From NCBI GenBank assembly GCA_043809315.1, contig JAZDDX010000001.1, forward strand, positions 1 through 59,459: a stretch of DNA of 59,459 bases, read 5' to 3'. How positions within the stretch are numbered: position 1 is the first letter of the stretch; each line of letters begins with the position of its first letter. Below the pieces are notes generated by a model. That model ran no database searches and was not told where the DNA came from. It worked only from the letters and a program-made list of their open reading frames with translations. The translations under genes and the position numbers were made by a program. The stretch comes from Pseudomonadota bacterium. Its GTDB lineage: Bacteria; Bdellovibrionota_G; JALEGL01; DATDPG01. Below, piece by piece: positions 30,480 to 40,793 of this stretch.

Positions 30480-30737
30480 TTATTGGAGCAGGCTTAAGAC
30501 GGCATCGTACCAAATGGAGGCCATCTTACTGTGGTTCCTTCCGATCGCGTGATCGTGGCCGAAATGTACCCCTCGTGATTCCCATACGCTTGCGGGAAGG
30601 TGAACCCGAGGTTCCCGTTGGCATGATCTTCAGAGTCCCCGTCGGGGTGTTCACTCCGTGCGGGGTCGAGTCGAGCGTTGGGTTTGAGGTAGTGGTCTGC
30701 ACCTTCGAGGCGCCACATCCCGCCAGGAGGAGAAGAA
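30480..30737 (-). pseudogene. Collapsed remnant of a paralog of the 24320..25555 SGNH lipoprotein gene
   Basis: Colinear blocks similar to 24321-24368, 24734-24829, 24945-24977 and 25500-25528, joined by large deletions. Confidence 0.8.
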
Positions 30738-30813
30738 TGAATTCTGACTGTCAGCATGACAGAACTGACACCCAAAAGTCGCAATTTGTAGCGTAATAAC
30801 AAATACTTAGGTG

Positions 30814-30829
30814 TGGCACTGCCGTTGCT
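30814..30829 (+). promoter_or_regulatory. Sigma54 promoter
   Basis: TGGCACTGCCGTTGCT (GG-N10-GC); IHF-like TAACAAATACTTA just upstream. Confidence 0.75.
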
Positions 30830-30841
30830 CTACTAGAGCTC

Positions 30842-31321
30842 GTGAAACGCACGACAAAGCACCTGATCGAAGCCCTGATGATCGCAATCGTTCTCTCCGC
30901 CGGTGTGGCGCAGGCTCAAGAAGAGCGGTCGATGCTGGCTCGGCTCAAAACGATCTCGATGGATGTCGAGTCGGCGACGGTGGATCCAATCGCGGTTGAA
31001 TCGGCTCGGGTCTCCGAAGGTCGCTCGGAAGAAGATGCCGCGTTTCAAACCGAAGTGAGGGAGAACGTGAGCAGCGTTTACCGGTGTGCGGAACAGCGGC
31101 GATCGGTCGGCGCGGGGCGGGTACAGGTGGCCTTCACGGTCCTTTCCTCAGGTCACTTTTCAAACGTCCATGTCGCCGTCCGGTTTCCGCAGACGGAGCC
31201 GGCGGTCATTCGCTGCGTGCGCGATGCGCTTCATCGGAGCCGGATCGAGAACGCGCAGGATCAGGAACGGAAATTCCAGTTCACGTTCGCTTTCGCCGGC
31301 GCGACGCAGGTTTCGTTCTGA
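30842..31321 (+). CDS. Secreted protein with AgmX/PglI (TonB-C-like) C-terminal domain, copy 2
   Basis: 159 aa, 22 substitutions relative to 25779..26258. Confidence 0.7.
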   Translation: MKRTTKHLIEALMIAIVLSAGVAQAQEERSMLARLKTISMDVESATVDPIAVESARVSEGRSEEDAAFQTEVRENVSSVYRCAEQRRSVGAGRVQVAFTVLSSGHFSNVHVAVRFPQTEPAVIRCVRDALHRSRIENAQDQERKFQFTFAFAGATQVSF

Positions 31322-31325
31322 CTCG

Positions 31326-33698
31326 TCAGTCGGTCCACCGAAGGACGCCGCTGGAATCGGCCGTGCAAGTTCCCGCTCCGGCGGTCACCGTGTACGTGGA
31401 AGCGGCTTTTTCGATGGAATAGATCGTGCCCGGCGTCAGGCCTGAGATTATGTATTCCGCCGCGTGAGAAGGAGATGCGGTGAAAGTAAACGTGCCGCTC
31501 ACGGTCCCATTTCCCACAGGCGCCAGCACCACACGAGGAACATTCGAGTCGTCGATCAATACACCCTTGAAGGCGTCGGAAGCTCCGCTGATCGGTGTGG
31601 TCGTCGGAAGACTCCCGCCGGTCCCCTGCATGGAGATCACGACCCCAAGGAACTGTGCCGAATCCGATGCGCTGAACGTGTTGGTGATCCTCGCCATCCC
31701 CGAACCGCATTGAACGCAACTCGGGCCTGAGGCCCCGGAGCCATCCGTGGCGGCGTTGGATACAATCGCACCACCTGTGGGATAAATCCTCCGAATCATC
31801 GTCTTCGTATTCGTCAGCGTAAACGACACGTCCGGGTCAGAGACGGTCGGGCCGGTCTTCGGAACGTAGAATTGCTCCGTTACCGCGATCGAATTGACAG
31901 GATCCACGCCATCCAGAACCACAACGTAGTTGACCGAAGAAGTTGCCGCTCCGATGGTAATTGGCTTCAGGTGGAAGAAGTTCCGACGGGCGTAGTCCAG
32001 CGGGAAGTAGGTCTGATGGTACGCCTGGTCCATGTTGATCTGCCAGTAGGCATAGGTCGTATCGAACGACGACTTCGGGACCGAGGCTTTCATCGCCTCT
32101 CCGTAGTATCCGAACCCTCCCGTCAGGTACGTTCCTCGCATCCCATCTCCCATGATGAGGGTGCTTCTTTGATACGATGCGAGCGCCGTCTGATTGGAGT
32201 TCCCCGCGGCGTAATTCGTATCGTTTTCGACGATCCCGTACTCGCCGTTCTTGAAAATCTTGAATCCGCCCGTCCCGGTCGTCTGGTGGTCTCCGATCCA
32301 GGAGGTGCCGGAGGATTCCATCCAGAACTTATCTCCTATTCCCCACGCATCCCGAGAGAAGACTTGACCCGTCCCCGGACCCAGGAAAAAGGTCGGCCAG
32401 TTGGTGTACGCCTCCGTCGCAGCGTCCTGATCGTAGCGGAGGAAATACTCTGCCAGGTACTCTTTCCCGCCGTAGGTCGTCGTGGGGTTGATTCTTCCCG
32501 GATCGGAATATGGGGTCGTTACGACGTGATGGATATTCTTGAGCCAATCCTGCGCCCGCTTCGATGCGGTCAAGGTGTGATCTCTTTCCATCGGGATCAG
32601 CATCCCCCTCATGTTTCGGCCCTGATCGAACGTCGAAACCCCCGGGTAGTAATCGCAGGAGAATTCCGAACAGAGGTTCGATGTGTACGGGCATCCCGAT
32701 TTGGTAAAGTCCGGCTTCCAAGACTGGACAAAGAACTCCTGACAGGTATCCATCCACGACATCCAGGAAGCGTTCATCTGGAGTGCGGTTTCTTCGGCTC
32801 CGGCGATCTCCAGGAGGTAGGGCAGGACTCTGACTCGGCCGTAATGGCTGCCGGAGTACGGGTGGCATCCCGCGTACGCCGCGTCGATCGAGCTCTTGAT
32901 CCCGGCCGTCCGGTACCAGTCATAGGCCGCGGTAACGAGATCAACGCATCGGGAATCCTCTCCGACACAGGACAGCCCGAATAGATACTGACCCCACCAC
33001 GAAGTGATGCACAGGTTATGCGTCGGATCGGTTTTGCAGTCCCCGGAACCTTTGAAGACGTCATAGGCGTGGCCCCGGATGTACGGAATCCAGGTGTTGA
33101 AGACCCAATCCCGGAAGTCGGATCGTTCTTGGTCCGTCAGGTCGTTGTAGAGGAAGTCATAATCGTAGGCCCACTCCGCCAAATCCATCCGGCCATAGTC
33201 CTGGACGTTGAAGGCGGTTGTCAGCGTCTTGATCTTGTTGAAATACGTTTTTGCGCAATCTCTCCAAGCCGTCTTGGAAGGCTTCGCCAGATACCCTACC
33301 GCGAGCTGATACAGCGGAGCGTCGGAGAAAGTGGGGTTGGAACAGGATGCTGCAAACCCGTCGTTGTTCGTTGCCAGGGCATCATAAAGGGTTTTTCCGG
33401 CGACCGCTCGGGCTCGAAGCGCAGTCAGGCGATCCGGTGTCATGTTGAGGCGAGGGTGCGCCGCAATGCCGTAAGTGGTTCCCCCCAGTTGAATGGAGCC
33501 CACGGTTGGTAATGGGGTGGGGGTGCAGGTCGGGGTGAGGGTTGTGGTGGGGATGCCTATGCTGCAGTTCACACCAGTGAGGGTAGGGGTGGGAGTGCCT
33601 CCGCTCGCGTTCGGCTTGCCGTTGGTACAAACCTCCTGGCTCAAGGAGATCAGGGAGAGAATCAGGAGAGGAAAAAACCACCTCCAGTACGATTTCAC
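31326..33698 (-). CDS. Secreted heparinase II/III-like polysaccharide lyase fold protein
   Basis: GTG start (VKSYWRWFFPLL signal), PT linker, HPRLNMTPDRL..LR N-terminal motif, helical domain then beta-rich domain (GTGQVFSRDAW, DHQ..G.FKI); the 34163 start in the ORF track overlaps the GT gene. Confidence 0.6.
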   Translation of the reverse strand: MKSYWRWFFPLLILSLISLSQEVCTNGKPNASGGTPTPTLTGVNCSIGIPTTTLTPTCTPTPLPTVGSIQLGGTTYGIAAHPRLNMTPDRLTALRARAVAGKTLYDALATNNDGFAASCSNPTFSDAPLYQLAVGYLAKPSKTAWRDCAKTYFNKIKTLTTAFNVQDYGRMDLAEWAYDYDFLYNDLTDQERSDFRDWVFNTWIPYIRGHAYDVFKGSGDCKTDPTHNLCITSWWGQYLFGLSCVGEDSRCVDLVTAAYDWYRTAGIKSSIDAAYAGCHPYSGSHYGRVRVLPYLLEIAGAEETALQMNASWMSWMDTCQEFFVQSWKPDFTKSGCPYTSNLCSEFSCDYYPGVSTFDQGRNMRGMLIPMERDHTLTASKRAQDWLKNIHHVVTTPYSDPGRINPTTTYGGKEYLAEYFLRYDQDAATEAYTNWPTFFLGPGTGQVFSRDAWGIGDKFWMESSGTSWIGDHQTTGTGGFKIFKNGEYGIVENDTNYAAGNSNQTALASYQRSTLIMGDGMRGTYLTGGFGYYGEAMKASVPKSSFDTTYAYWQINMDQAYHQTYFPLDYARRNFFHLKPITIGAATSSVNYVVVLDGVDPVNSIAVTEQFYVPKTGPTVSDPDVSFTLTNTKTMIRRIYPTGGAIVSNAATDGSGASGPSCVQCGSGMARITNTFSASDSAQFLGVVISMQGTGGSLPTTTPISGASDAFKGVLIDDSNVPRVVLAPVGNGTVSGTFTFTASPSHAAEYIISGLTPGTIYSIEKAASTYTVTAGAGTCTADSSGVLRWTD

Positions 33699-33708
33699 GC
33701 AGGCATGA

Positions 33709-35004
33709 TTACCGGAATTCCGCACCCCTGAACAGCCCCCTATTGAGTGTTTGTCCCAGTGCGCGGGTCGTTTCTCGCCGACTGAAGCGCGTGATCTCCC
33801 CCGCCGGTCGCGTAAGCCTCCCCGCCCGCCACGCCTCGACCATCCGCTCGATCTCGCTCGCGACATTCTGAGGCGACACGACGGTTCCCGCGTGGAGGTG
33901 TTCCACCAGTCGCTGCGCTTCCCCGGGTGGGACCACGGCCAGAATCGGTCTGCGCGCGGCGAGATACTCGAACACCTTCCCCGTGAGAATTCGTTCGGAC
34001 CCCGGCATGTCGGCCAGAAGCAACAACAACGCGTCCGACGATCGGACGATCTTGACCGCCTCTGCGTGCGGAACATATTCCGTCCGCTCCACAACACCGG
34101 CCAGAGTCGGATCTTCGAACCGCGCCATCTCCCCCGGAACGATCCTTCCGACGAAACGGACACGAAGAAGCGGTCGAAGATCGGGTCGTCGCTCGAGCAA
34201 CGACTTCAAACCTGTGAGAAAAGGGGCGGCGCTTGTGACTTCGAAAACGGTCCCCGCGTACGTCAGTGTGAACCGTTTCGGATCGTCGGAAGGTGGCTCG
34301 GTCCCTTCGAAATCCTCTTCATCATAACCGTTCGGGATCCAGAACGAGTTCCCCTCGCCTAATTTTGAGTACTTCTTCCGATAGTTCGCAACGATTCCGT
34401 CGGTCGCCGCGATCAGGGATGCCGCCGATTCCACGACCGACCGCTCCATCCGCTCGATCCTCTCCATCTGCCCCGGACGCCGATGGAAGTCGTAGGCGCG
34501 CGTATAAAAGTCGGCCCATTCATCGCGGAAGTCGGCGAAAAACGGAACTCCCGTTTTTTCCGCGATCTTCCTTCCCAGGAGAAACGTCGAGAACGGCGGT
34601 GCGCTGACCAGAAGGGTGTCGATCTTCTCGCTCCGGATCCATTGCACGGCCGAAAGGTACGTGGTCGGCCACCACCCGATCTGCGGATCGGGGAACAGAA
34701 ATCTCTGCGCCAGGTTCTTGACGCTCCGTAAGGGGGAGAACGATCCCTTCCCTTCCGCCTTGGCGAACGCCGAACGCTTCATCTTATAAGGGAGCTCGAA
34801 CGTTCGTGTCCGGCGGATCGGAAGATCGGCCGGGATCTCCGCCGCCAACGAATCGTCGTGGAGCGGGACCGAGGGGTTCTTCGCCGTCATTAGGTACGGC
34901 TTCCAACCGAACTCCGGGAGGTACTTCGTCCACTTGAGCGTCCGTTGAACCCCCGCCCCCCCGACCGGTGGAAAGACATAGGTCAGGATCAGAACCTTCC
35001 TCAT
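33709..35004 (-). CDS. Glycosyltransferase family 4
   Basis: MRKVLILTYVFPPVGGAGVQR, DFRDEW, IPNGYD, YAGT, TGKVFEYLAARRPIL; start coupled to the upstream stop. Confidence 0.9.
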   Translation of the reverse strand: MRKVLILTYVFPPVGGAGVQRTLKWTKYLPEFGWKPYLMTAKNPSVPLHDDSLAAEIPADLPIRRTRTFELPYKMKRSAFAKAEGKGSFSPLRSVKNLAQRFLFPDPQIGWWPTTYLSAVQWIRSEKIDTLLVSAPPFSTFLLGRKIAEKTGVPFFADFRDEWADFYTRAYDFHRRPGQMERIERMERSVVESAASLIAATDGIVANYRKKYSKLGEGNSFWIPNGYDEEDFEGTEPPSDDPKRFTLTYAGTVFEVTSAAPFLTGLKSLLERRPDLRPLLRVRFVGRIVPGEMARFEDPTLAGVVERTEYVPHAEAVKIVRSSDALLLLLADMPGSERILTGKVFEYLAARRPILAVVPPGEAQRLVEHLHAGTVVSPQNVASEIERMVEAWRAGRLTRPAGEITRFSRRETTRALGQTLNRGLFRGAEFR

Positions 35005-35663
35005 AGCGGGTAGAGCTCCCGGCTCCGGTAGTCGCCGCAACGGAAAAGCTTCTCGAATCGGCCGATCCCGATCCGGGTCGCCGTTCCGAGCTTCCGCATG
35101 GCGAGCTTCTCCACCCGTCGCAACGTCGCTTTGTTGTCGAACGCGAAATAGGTGATGGCTGAACGTCGGTTGCTCTTTTGAATGTACTGGAGCCAACAGA
35201 GAAACCGGTCGTTCGCGACGTTCTTCCCGCGGGAGTCGGGTCGCGTGAACCCCTTGTAGATGTACCCCTCGTCCGGCCGGAGGCCGAATCCAGCCTTGAG
35301 CGCCGGGATTTCGATCCGATCGAACCTCATCCAAGAATAACCGACGACTTTCGCGCCATCGAGATTCAGAACACAGCGGTGTCCGTCGCGCCAGAGTTCC
35401 TCGAGCTTGGCCTCGTTCCACTCGGTCATGTCCATCACCGGATCTTTAGCCAGAAGCTTCACCTCATCGAGCGTCGCCAGACGGGCCCGATCGCTTCCGG
35501 GGAACTCCATCCCCGCCGGGAGCGATTCGAGGGAGTAGAGGTGGATCCTTTCGAGGACGATGAACTTTCTCAGAAGATCGACAAGGAGGAGCTGAAAAGC
35601 CGACGGCCAACCGTGGTATCCGGCATTCTTTTTCAGGCGTTGTAGGGCGGAAGTTACACTCAT
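35001..35663 (-). CDS. GNAT-like acyltransferase
   Basis: VVGYSW, YIYKGFTRPDSRGKNVA (acyl-CoA binding R-G-x-G-like motif), DNKAT. Confidence 0.65.
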   Translation of the reverse strand: MSVTSALQRLKKNAGYHGWPSAFQLLLVDLLRKFIVLERIHLYSLESLPAGMEFPGSDRARLATLDEVKLLAKDPVMDMTEWNEAKLEELWRDGHRCVLNLDGAKVVGYSWMRFDRIEIPALKAGFGLRPDEGYIYKGFTRPDSRGKNVANDRFLCWLQYIQKSNRRSAITYFAFDNKATLRRVEKLAMRKLGTATRIGIGRFEKLFRCGDYRSRELYPL

Positions 35664-35689
35664 GGTCGCGATCAGGTATCGTCTCCACC

Positions 35690-36859
35690 GTGGCGGGACG
35701 TTTCGTCCAGGATATCGCGGAGCTTACCAGACTCGGGGAGGCATGGAACACGCTTTGTCTCTCCCAGCCCCGCCCCACACCGATGCTGACTTGGGACTGG
35801 GCGGACGCCTGGTGGCGGGTCTACGGCGCCCCGAACCGGAATCTGTCCCTCTCGGTCTGGGTCTACGAAGAGAACGGGAAGGTTCTGGGGCTTTTCCCCC
35901 TCTACCGGATCGATACGGGTCATGGAGCTGTCTTCCGGCCGATCGGGACCGGGGAGAGGGAAGAGGATGCGGTTTGCAGCGATTACATCGCCCCGCTGTT
36001 CGCCGGATCCGACGAGGGAGTGAAGAACGCGCTGACGAGCGACCTTGCCGCCCTTTTGACAAGGGGGAGCGATACACTCCTTCTGTCCGATCTCGCGAGT
36101 GAGGATCCATGGAACGTTTCTCTTGCCGAGACATTACGGAGCCGACCACTTTCCGTCCGCCGCACCGGGGGATCGACCTGTGCGTATCTCCCTCTTCCGA
36201 AGACGTACGATGAGTTCTTTTCCTCGCTTTCTTCCAACTTCCGAACGCAACTTCGGCAGGGAGAACGATCGCTCAAAGCATTGGGAGGGGTCGAATTCCA
36301 CCGGATCGAACGGACCGAAGATATCGGCCCGTTCTGGGAGGACCTGGTTCGCCTGCACCAGAAACGCTGGAACGCGGTCGGCCGCCCTGGGGTTTTCTCG
36401 AGCCCCCTTTTCACCGAGTTTCACCGGGAGATCGTGGAAAGGTACACCCGGCGCGGCTGGCTGGATGGGTTGGTGTTGTACACGAACGGCCAACCGATGG
36501 CTGTGGTCTACTCCTACCGAATCGGAGGGACGATCTTTCTCTATCAGTCGGGACTCGAAACGGAGTTGCCTCCGAAAGTTCGCCCGGGCCTCCAGTTGCA
36601 CCTCGAGGTGATCCGTCAGGGGATCGTGCGGGGGGACCGCGAATACGACTTCATGCGGGGGGACGATCGGTACAAGAAGCAGTTTACGGAGTCGAGCCGG
36701 TCGCTGTTTCACGTTGAGGCGGGGAGACCGACACCGCGACGGACTCTGCGTTTCCTTTCGATTTCGGCCCGCGAACGGATCAAGGGAATACTTCCGGATT
36801 CGGTTCTTCGGTCGATCCGTACGGTCCGTCGTAGTCTCCGCTCTAGGTCCGATCCGTGA
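35690..36859 (+). CDS. GNAT family N-acetyltransferase (CelD/BcsL type)
   Basis: W..L......P..TWDW..WW, SDY, LS.NFR..LR, LH..RW, YQSG, RPG, YDFMRGDDRYK. Confidence 0.85.
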   Translation: MAGRFVQDIAELTRLGEAWNTLCLSQPRPTPMLTWDWADAWWRVYGAPNRNLSLSVWVYEENGKVLGLFPLYRIDTGHGAVFRPIGTGEREEDAVCSDYIAPLFAGSDEGVKNALTSDLAALLTRGSDTLLLSDLASEDPWNVSLAETLRSRPLSVRRTGGSTCAYLPLPKTYDEFFSSLSSNFRTQLRQGERSLKALGGVEFHRIERTEDIGPFWEDLVRLHQKRWNAVGRPGVFSSPLFTEFHREIVERYTRRGWLDGLVLYTNGQPMAVVYSYRIGGTIFLYQSGLETELPPKVRPGLQLHLEVIRQGIVRGDREYDFMRGDDRYKKQFTESSRSLFHVEAGRPTPRRTLRFLSISARERIKGILPDSVLRSIRTVRRSLRSRSDP

Positions 36860-38045
36860 ATCTCTTCCAGCGATACTGAACACGGAGCCAGAAGAATCCC
36901 CAGGCCGCCCCGACGAGCGGCATCGGGTCCCGCCAACTCCAACGGAAGAACGCGATCCTCGGGAAGAGAAGGGAACGGAACCAGCTCCAGAAATTCCATT
37001 CCCCGGTCTTCCGATACTCCTTCAAGGCTCTCCAGTCCGGATAGAAGTAATACAATCGCCGCTCGGCTCCGTCCTGCCGCATCGGCGGCAGCGGCAACCC
37101 AAAACAGTCGTTGTAGTTCGCCAGCGGCAGGTTGACCCCGCTGTAGGTGGCCAGATAGTTCAGTAAGCTGAACCGCGGGTTGATCTCCAGAACGTAAACC
37201 CGGCCGGTCTTTTCGTGTTTTTTCAGATCGACATCTGTTGCCCCCAGATAACCGATTTTTTCCAGTGTCTCGATCCCCACGCGCGCCACCTCCGGATCCC
37301 ACCAGGAACGCGTGTAGGTGCTTCGACCGAAATGAATCGGCTGCGTGCGAAGTTTCCTGCCGATGAAATACCCCGCCACCTTTCCGGCCTCGGCGCAATA
37401 TGCCTGGCATTGGTACAACGTCTCGTCGGAGCCGGGGATATATTCCTGAACGACAAGATTCGGAGTGACGTTCACGAGTCGTTCATACGTGGAAACGAGT
37501 TCCTCCCGGGAGTTCATCAGAATCGCTTTCTTCCAGCGGCCGATCATGGCGTATACGTCGTCTCGGGCCCAGTCAGCCTGCTTGGACGGTTTCAGAATGC
37601 ACGGGAAGGGAATTTCATCCAGGATCTTCGCCAGCTCTGCGGGATTCTGGATGGTCCAGGAGAGCGGCACCGCAAGGTCGAAACGTCGGGCGAGATCGGA
37701 GAAAGCCAGCTTATCGTTGCAGGCGGACACGAGAGACGGAGGGGCCATCTTGATCTGAAAAAAGTTCCCCAACTCGTCCCGATACCGTGAGAAGAGATTC
37801 ACGTCCGCCTCTCCTCCCAGCATGACGGGGGGGCGATCGGGAAACTCCTCCCCCACTTTCTTTAAGACCTCGACCGCCTCCTCCGGTCGATCCCCCATGC
37901 TCGGTAAGACCACTTTTTTCGCGCAATACCGCGACCAATAGAGCGGAGAGAGATCGTATTCCGTCGCCACGATCGATCGGATCCCGACCTCTCCCAGGCT
38001 TCGGATCACGCCGACAGCCCCTGTTGTGATGATGGGTGTTTTCAT
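36843..38045 (-). CDS. ATP-grasp carboxylate-amine ligase (D-aspartate ligase-like), paralog 1
   Basis: VIRSLG, DKLAF, FPCILKP, VVQEYIPG, LEINPRF, GVNLP. Confidence 0.85.
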   Translation of the reverse strand: MKTPIITTGAVGVIRSLGEVGIRSIVATEYDLSPLYWSRYCAKKVVLPSMGDRPEEAVEVLKKVGEEFPDRPPVMLGGEADVNLFSRYRDELGNFFQIKMAPPSLVSACNDKLAFSDLARRFDLAVPLSWTIQNPAELAKILDEIPFPCILKPSKQADWARDDVYAMIGRWKKAILMNSREELVSTYERLVNVTPNLVVQEYIPGSDETLYQCQAYCAEAGKVAGYFIGRKLRTQPIHFGRSTYTRSWWDPEVARVGIETLEKIGYLGATDVDLKKHEKTGRVYVLEINPRFSLLNYLATYSGVNLPLANYNDCFGLPLPPMRQDGAERRLYYFYPDWRALKEYRKTGEWNFWSWFRSLLFPRIAFFRWSWRDPMPLVGAAWGFFWLRVQYRWKRFTDRT

Positions 38046-39298
38046 GTGAGTTCGAAAAACCCCTCCTTCTCGATCTCCCGGATCGTCCGATAATCCTCCC
38101 GGACCACGTTTTCATCCTCGTGACTCAAGATGACGTCGCCGGGGCATGAAAATACATCGATGGTTTTCTCCAGCTTCGTTCCGAGCATTATGTTCATGAA
38201 AAAACGATCGAACGATCTCAACTGTTCCGCACGCTTCGCTCCCGGGATTCCCCGCACGACCCCTTCTTTTTGAACGATGAGGGAGATGAGGCGCACATGT
38301 TTCCGCAACCGCCGAGCGGATCGAAGATACCGGCCGAATGTTTTCGGGTTCGAGTAGACATCCGCCACCATCTCGACCGGATCGATCCCCAAGCCATCCT
38401 TCACCAGGGATGGGAGCGACCCGCCGCACAGTCTGGCTCCGACCTCGAGAAGGACGGGCCCGTCACGGGTCACGAGCACCTCGCTGTGCGCCGGACCGAA
38501 CCGGACGCCGACCGCATCCAGGACCTTCGACACGTACTTTGTCAACTCCCGGTACCGATCGTCGTGGAGATCGACAAGTTCGACATAATCATAAAGAAAA
38601 TCCCGATCGTTCGCTTTTGCCTTCACCGATCTCCAGAGGTCGGTAACCAAGTGAACCCCGTCCCAGCTGAGCGTGTTCACGAGGAACTCCTCCCCCTCGA
38701 CGAATGTCTGGGCCACGACCTCGCGGGTCATTCCGCCCAGGCGGTTCTGCGCTCCAAGGAGAGGGCGGAACGCCTCCTCCACGTCGCTTCTCGACCCGCA
38801 GAGCCTCACTCCGTCGGCTCCGGAACTTTCGGGGGGTTTGATGACGACGGGGAAGGGGGTCTCACGCTCGATCCATTCGAGGATTTCCCTCAAGTCCGCC
38901 GACCGCTTCGTTCGGATCGACCGGAGACCGGCCCGGTGAAGCGCTTCCGCCATCTCAAATTTGTTCCGTCGTGCGGGGCTTGATTTCGATCCGTTGGTCA
39001 CGAGACCGAGGGCCTCGCTGAGCCGATCCGCCAACTCCACCCCTTCTTCGGCCCCCGGGATCAAAACCTTCGGGTCATAGCTACGTACGCTCTCCAGAGT
39101 CTCCTCGAAATTTCCGAGATGGCGGAGGTTGGCGATGAAATCCTGCGGCCGGAAGGCGCTTTGATTGATCGGGAAGATCTCCGGTGTGCTCTGGATGTGA
39201 ATGCATCGGAAGCCCCGCTTTCGGAACGCACGGGCTAGGCGGTTTCCGGAGGAGTACCCGTCGACGATTCCGCAGATTCTCGGCTTCCTAAACCACAT
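38042..39298 (-). CDS. ATP-grasp domain protein (L-amino-acid ligase-like)
   Basis: IVDGYSSG, PGAEEGV, RRNKFEM, PVVIKP..SSGADGV, GPAHSEV, LLEVGARLCGG. Confidence 0.85.
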   Translation of the reverse strand: MWFRKPRICGIVDGYSSGNRLARAFRKRGFRCIHIQSTPEIFPINQSAFRPQDFIANLRHLGNFEETLESVRSYDPKVLIPGAEEGVELADRLSEALGLVTNGSKSSPARRNKFEMAEALHRAGLRSIRTKRSADLREILEWIERETPFPVVIKPPESSGADGVRLCGSRSDVEEAFRPLLGAQNRLGGMTREVVAQTFVEGEEFLVNTLSWDGVHLVTDLWRSVKAKANDRDFLYDYVELVDLHDDRYRELTKYVSKVLDAVGVRFGPAHSEVLVTRDGPVLLEVGARLCGGSLPSLVKDGLGIDPVEMVADVYSNPKTFGRYLRSARRLRKHVRLISLIVQKEGVVRGIPGAKRAEQLRSFDRFFMNIMLGTKLEKTIDVFSCPGDVILSHEDENVVREDYRTIREIEKEGFFELT

Positions 39299-39329
39299 CG
39301 GCCGAAGTCTAGTATTGAAACCGAAATGT

Positions 39330-40793
39330 TCAAACTCGTTTTCTTCCTCCGAGCGCTTGTCGTGCGAAATCGATCGCCTGTTCGATGCTAAGGAGTCGCG
39401 TCGCGAGGAGCATCAGCCCGTAAATTGCCGCACCCAGAGGCACCGAAACAAACGGCGAGGCATGGCGGACGGGGTAAAGCGCCGCAGCCATCCCCCCCAA
39501 ACAGACCAGGAGTTTGATGTATCGCGCTCCCTCGGACCGGAGAGGATACGACCTCGAAAGGGTCAGGATCGAGCCGATGGCGTAGAGCGATCCGGTGATG
39601 ACGACGGCTGTCGCCGTTCCGATGGCTCCATACCGCGGAACCAGGAGAAAGCAGGAGGTCACGTTGACCACGGCCGCACCGACCGAGAGCACGAGAACCG
39701 CATTCTGCCGATGAATGGCGCCCAAGACATAGTTCGAAGGGAGGCTCAGGAACTCGAACGGCAGCGCGATCATCAACACCTGAAAGACCGGGATCGCCTC
39801 CAGGAATCTCGATCCGAAGACCAAGCGGATGATCGGATTCGCGCACAGCATCCCGCCGATCGAAATCGGGAGACTCAGGAGCAGGCAATAGAAAAATACC
39901 CGTTGGAGGATCGGCGCCACGCGGACGGATGGGTCGGTGTACCCGCGCGACACGGTCGGGAACAGCGAGGTGGCGATGGCGTCCGGAATAGTCTGGAAGA
40001 TCGTGTAGAAGCTGATGGCGGCGTAGAAGACCCCCACCATCTCCGGCGTCGAGAGGTTTCCCAGCAGGATCGGATTGATCTTGCCGATGAAGATCGCGAG
40101 CATTCCGTTCAGTGCGAAGGGGAGACCTTTCCGGAGCTCCGCCAGCGCTTCGAAGTTATCCCAACGGGGAGCGATCGAGAGTTTCCGGCGCCGGAATCCG
40201 AACATGGGGACCGCACAGGAGGCCAGAGAGCCCAACGCATAGATCCAGATCAAGGGGTACAGTCCTCCCCCTAGGAGGATCACCGCCAACGATCCGATCA
40301 ACGTGAACGCGCGGACCACCAGTGCCGAGGCCGCCTCGTACGACATCTTCTCGAACCCCTGGAGGATGTCGCGGAGACTCATCGAGAAGGCGTTGGAAAG
40401 AACGGTCCAGGCAACGATCCCGACACCGAATAGGATCCTTCGATCCGTGTGAAGCAGCTCGGAGATCACCAACAAAATCGGTACCGCCACGGCGGCCAGG
40501 AGCATCCGCAGGGAGATCACAAGACCGACGTAACGTTCGAGCGCCCCCCCCTTCTGTGCCACTGCACGGACGGTCACCGAGCGGAGTCCGAGCGCGGATA
40601 GAATGTAGAAGAGGCTTACGAACGAAAAACAGTAGTTGAAAATCCCGTATTCCGCTTTTCCGAGATGCCGCGCAATCAACGCGGTGATGAAGACCGATGC
40701 CGCCGTGACCAGGGCGTTCTGGCCGAACATGAAGAGCGAGTTCTTGACCACCCGGCGGCCGGCTGCCTGAGTCTCGGTCGGAGGCCCGGTCAT
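39330..40793 (-). CDS. Polysaccharide flippase (Wzx/MATE-like)
   Basis: VVKNS..IARHLG..EYG N-terminus, ~12-14 hydrophobic segments, VGVFYAA, LVPRYGAIGTA. Confidence 0.88.
   Translation of the reverse strand: MTGPPTETQAAGRRVVKNSLFMFGQNALVTAASVFITALIARHLGKAEYGIFNYCFSFVSLFYILSALGLRSVTVRAVAQKGGALERYVGLVISLRMLLAAVAVPILLVISELLHTDRRILFGVGIVAWTVLSNAFSMSLRDILQGFEKMSYEAASALVVRAFTLIGSLAVILLGGGLYPLIWIYALGSLASCAVPMFGFRRRKLSIAPRWDNFEALAELRKGLPFALNGMLAIFIGKINPILLGNLSTPEMVGVFYAAISFYTIFQTIPDAIATSLFPTVSRGYTDPSVRVAPILQRVFFYCLLLSLPISIGGMLCANPIIRLVFGSRFLEAIPVFQVLMIALPFEFLSLPSNYVLGAIHRQNAVLVLSVGAAVVNVTSCFLLVPRYGAIGTATAVVITGSLYAIGSILTLSRSYPLRSEGARYIKLLVCLGGMAAALYPVRHASPFVSVPLGAAIYGLMLLATRLLSIEQAIDFARQALGGRKRV

Noticed and set aside
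30494-30802. 102-aa ORF as a real gene
   Set aside because: It is stitched from deleted fragments of the SGNH paralog and promoter DNA.
33699-35421. N-terminal extensions in the ORF track (starts at 34163, 35421, 44222, 48377)
   Set aside because: They overlap other real genes; family motifs, signal peptides and coupled stop/start codons indicate the downstream starts used here.
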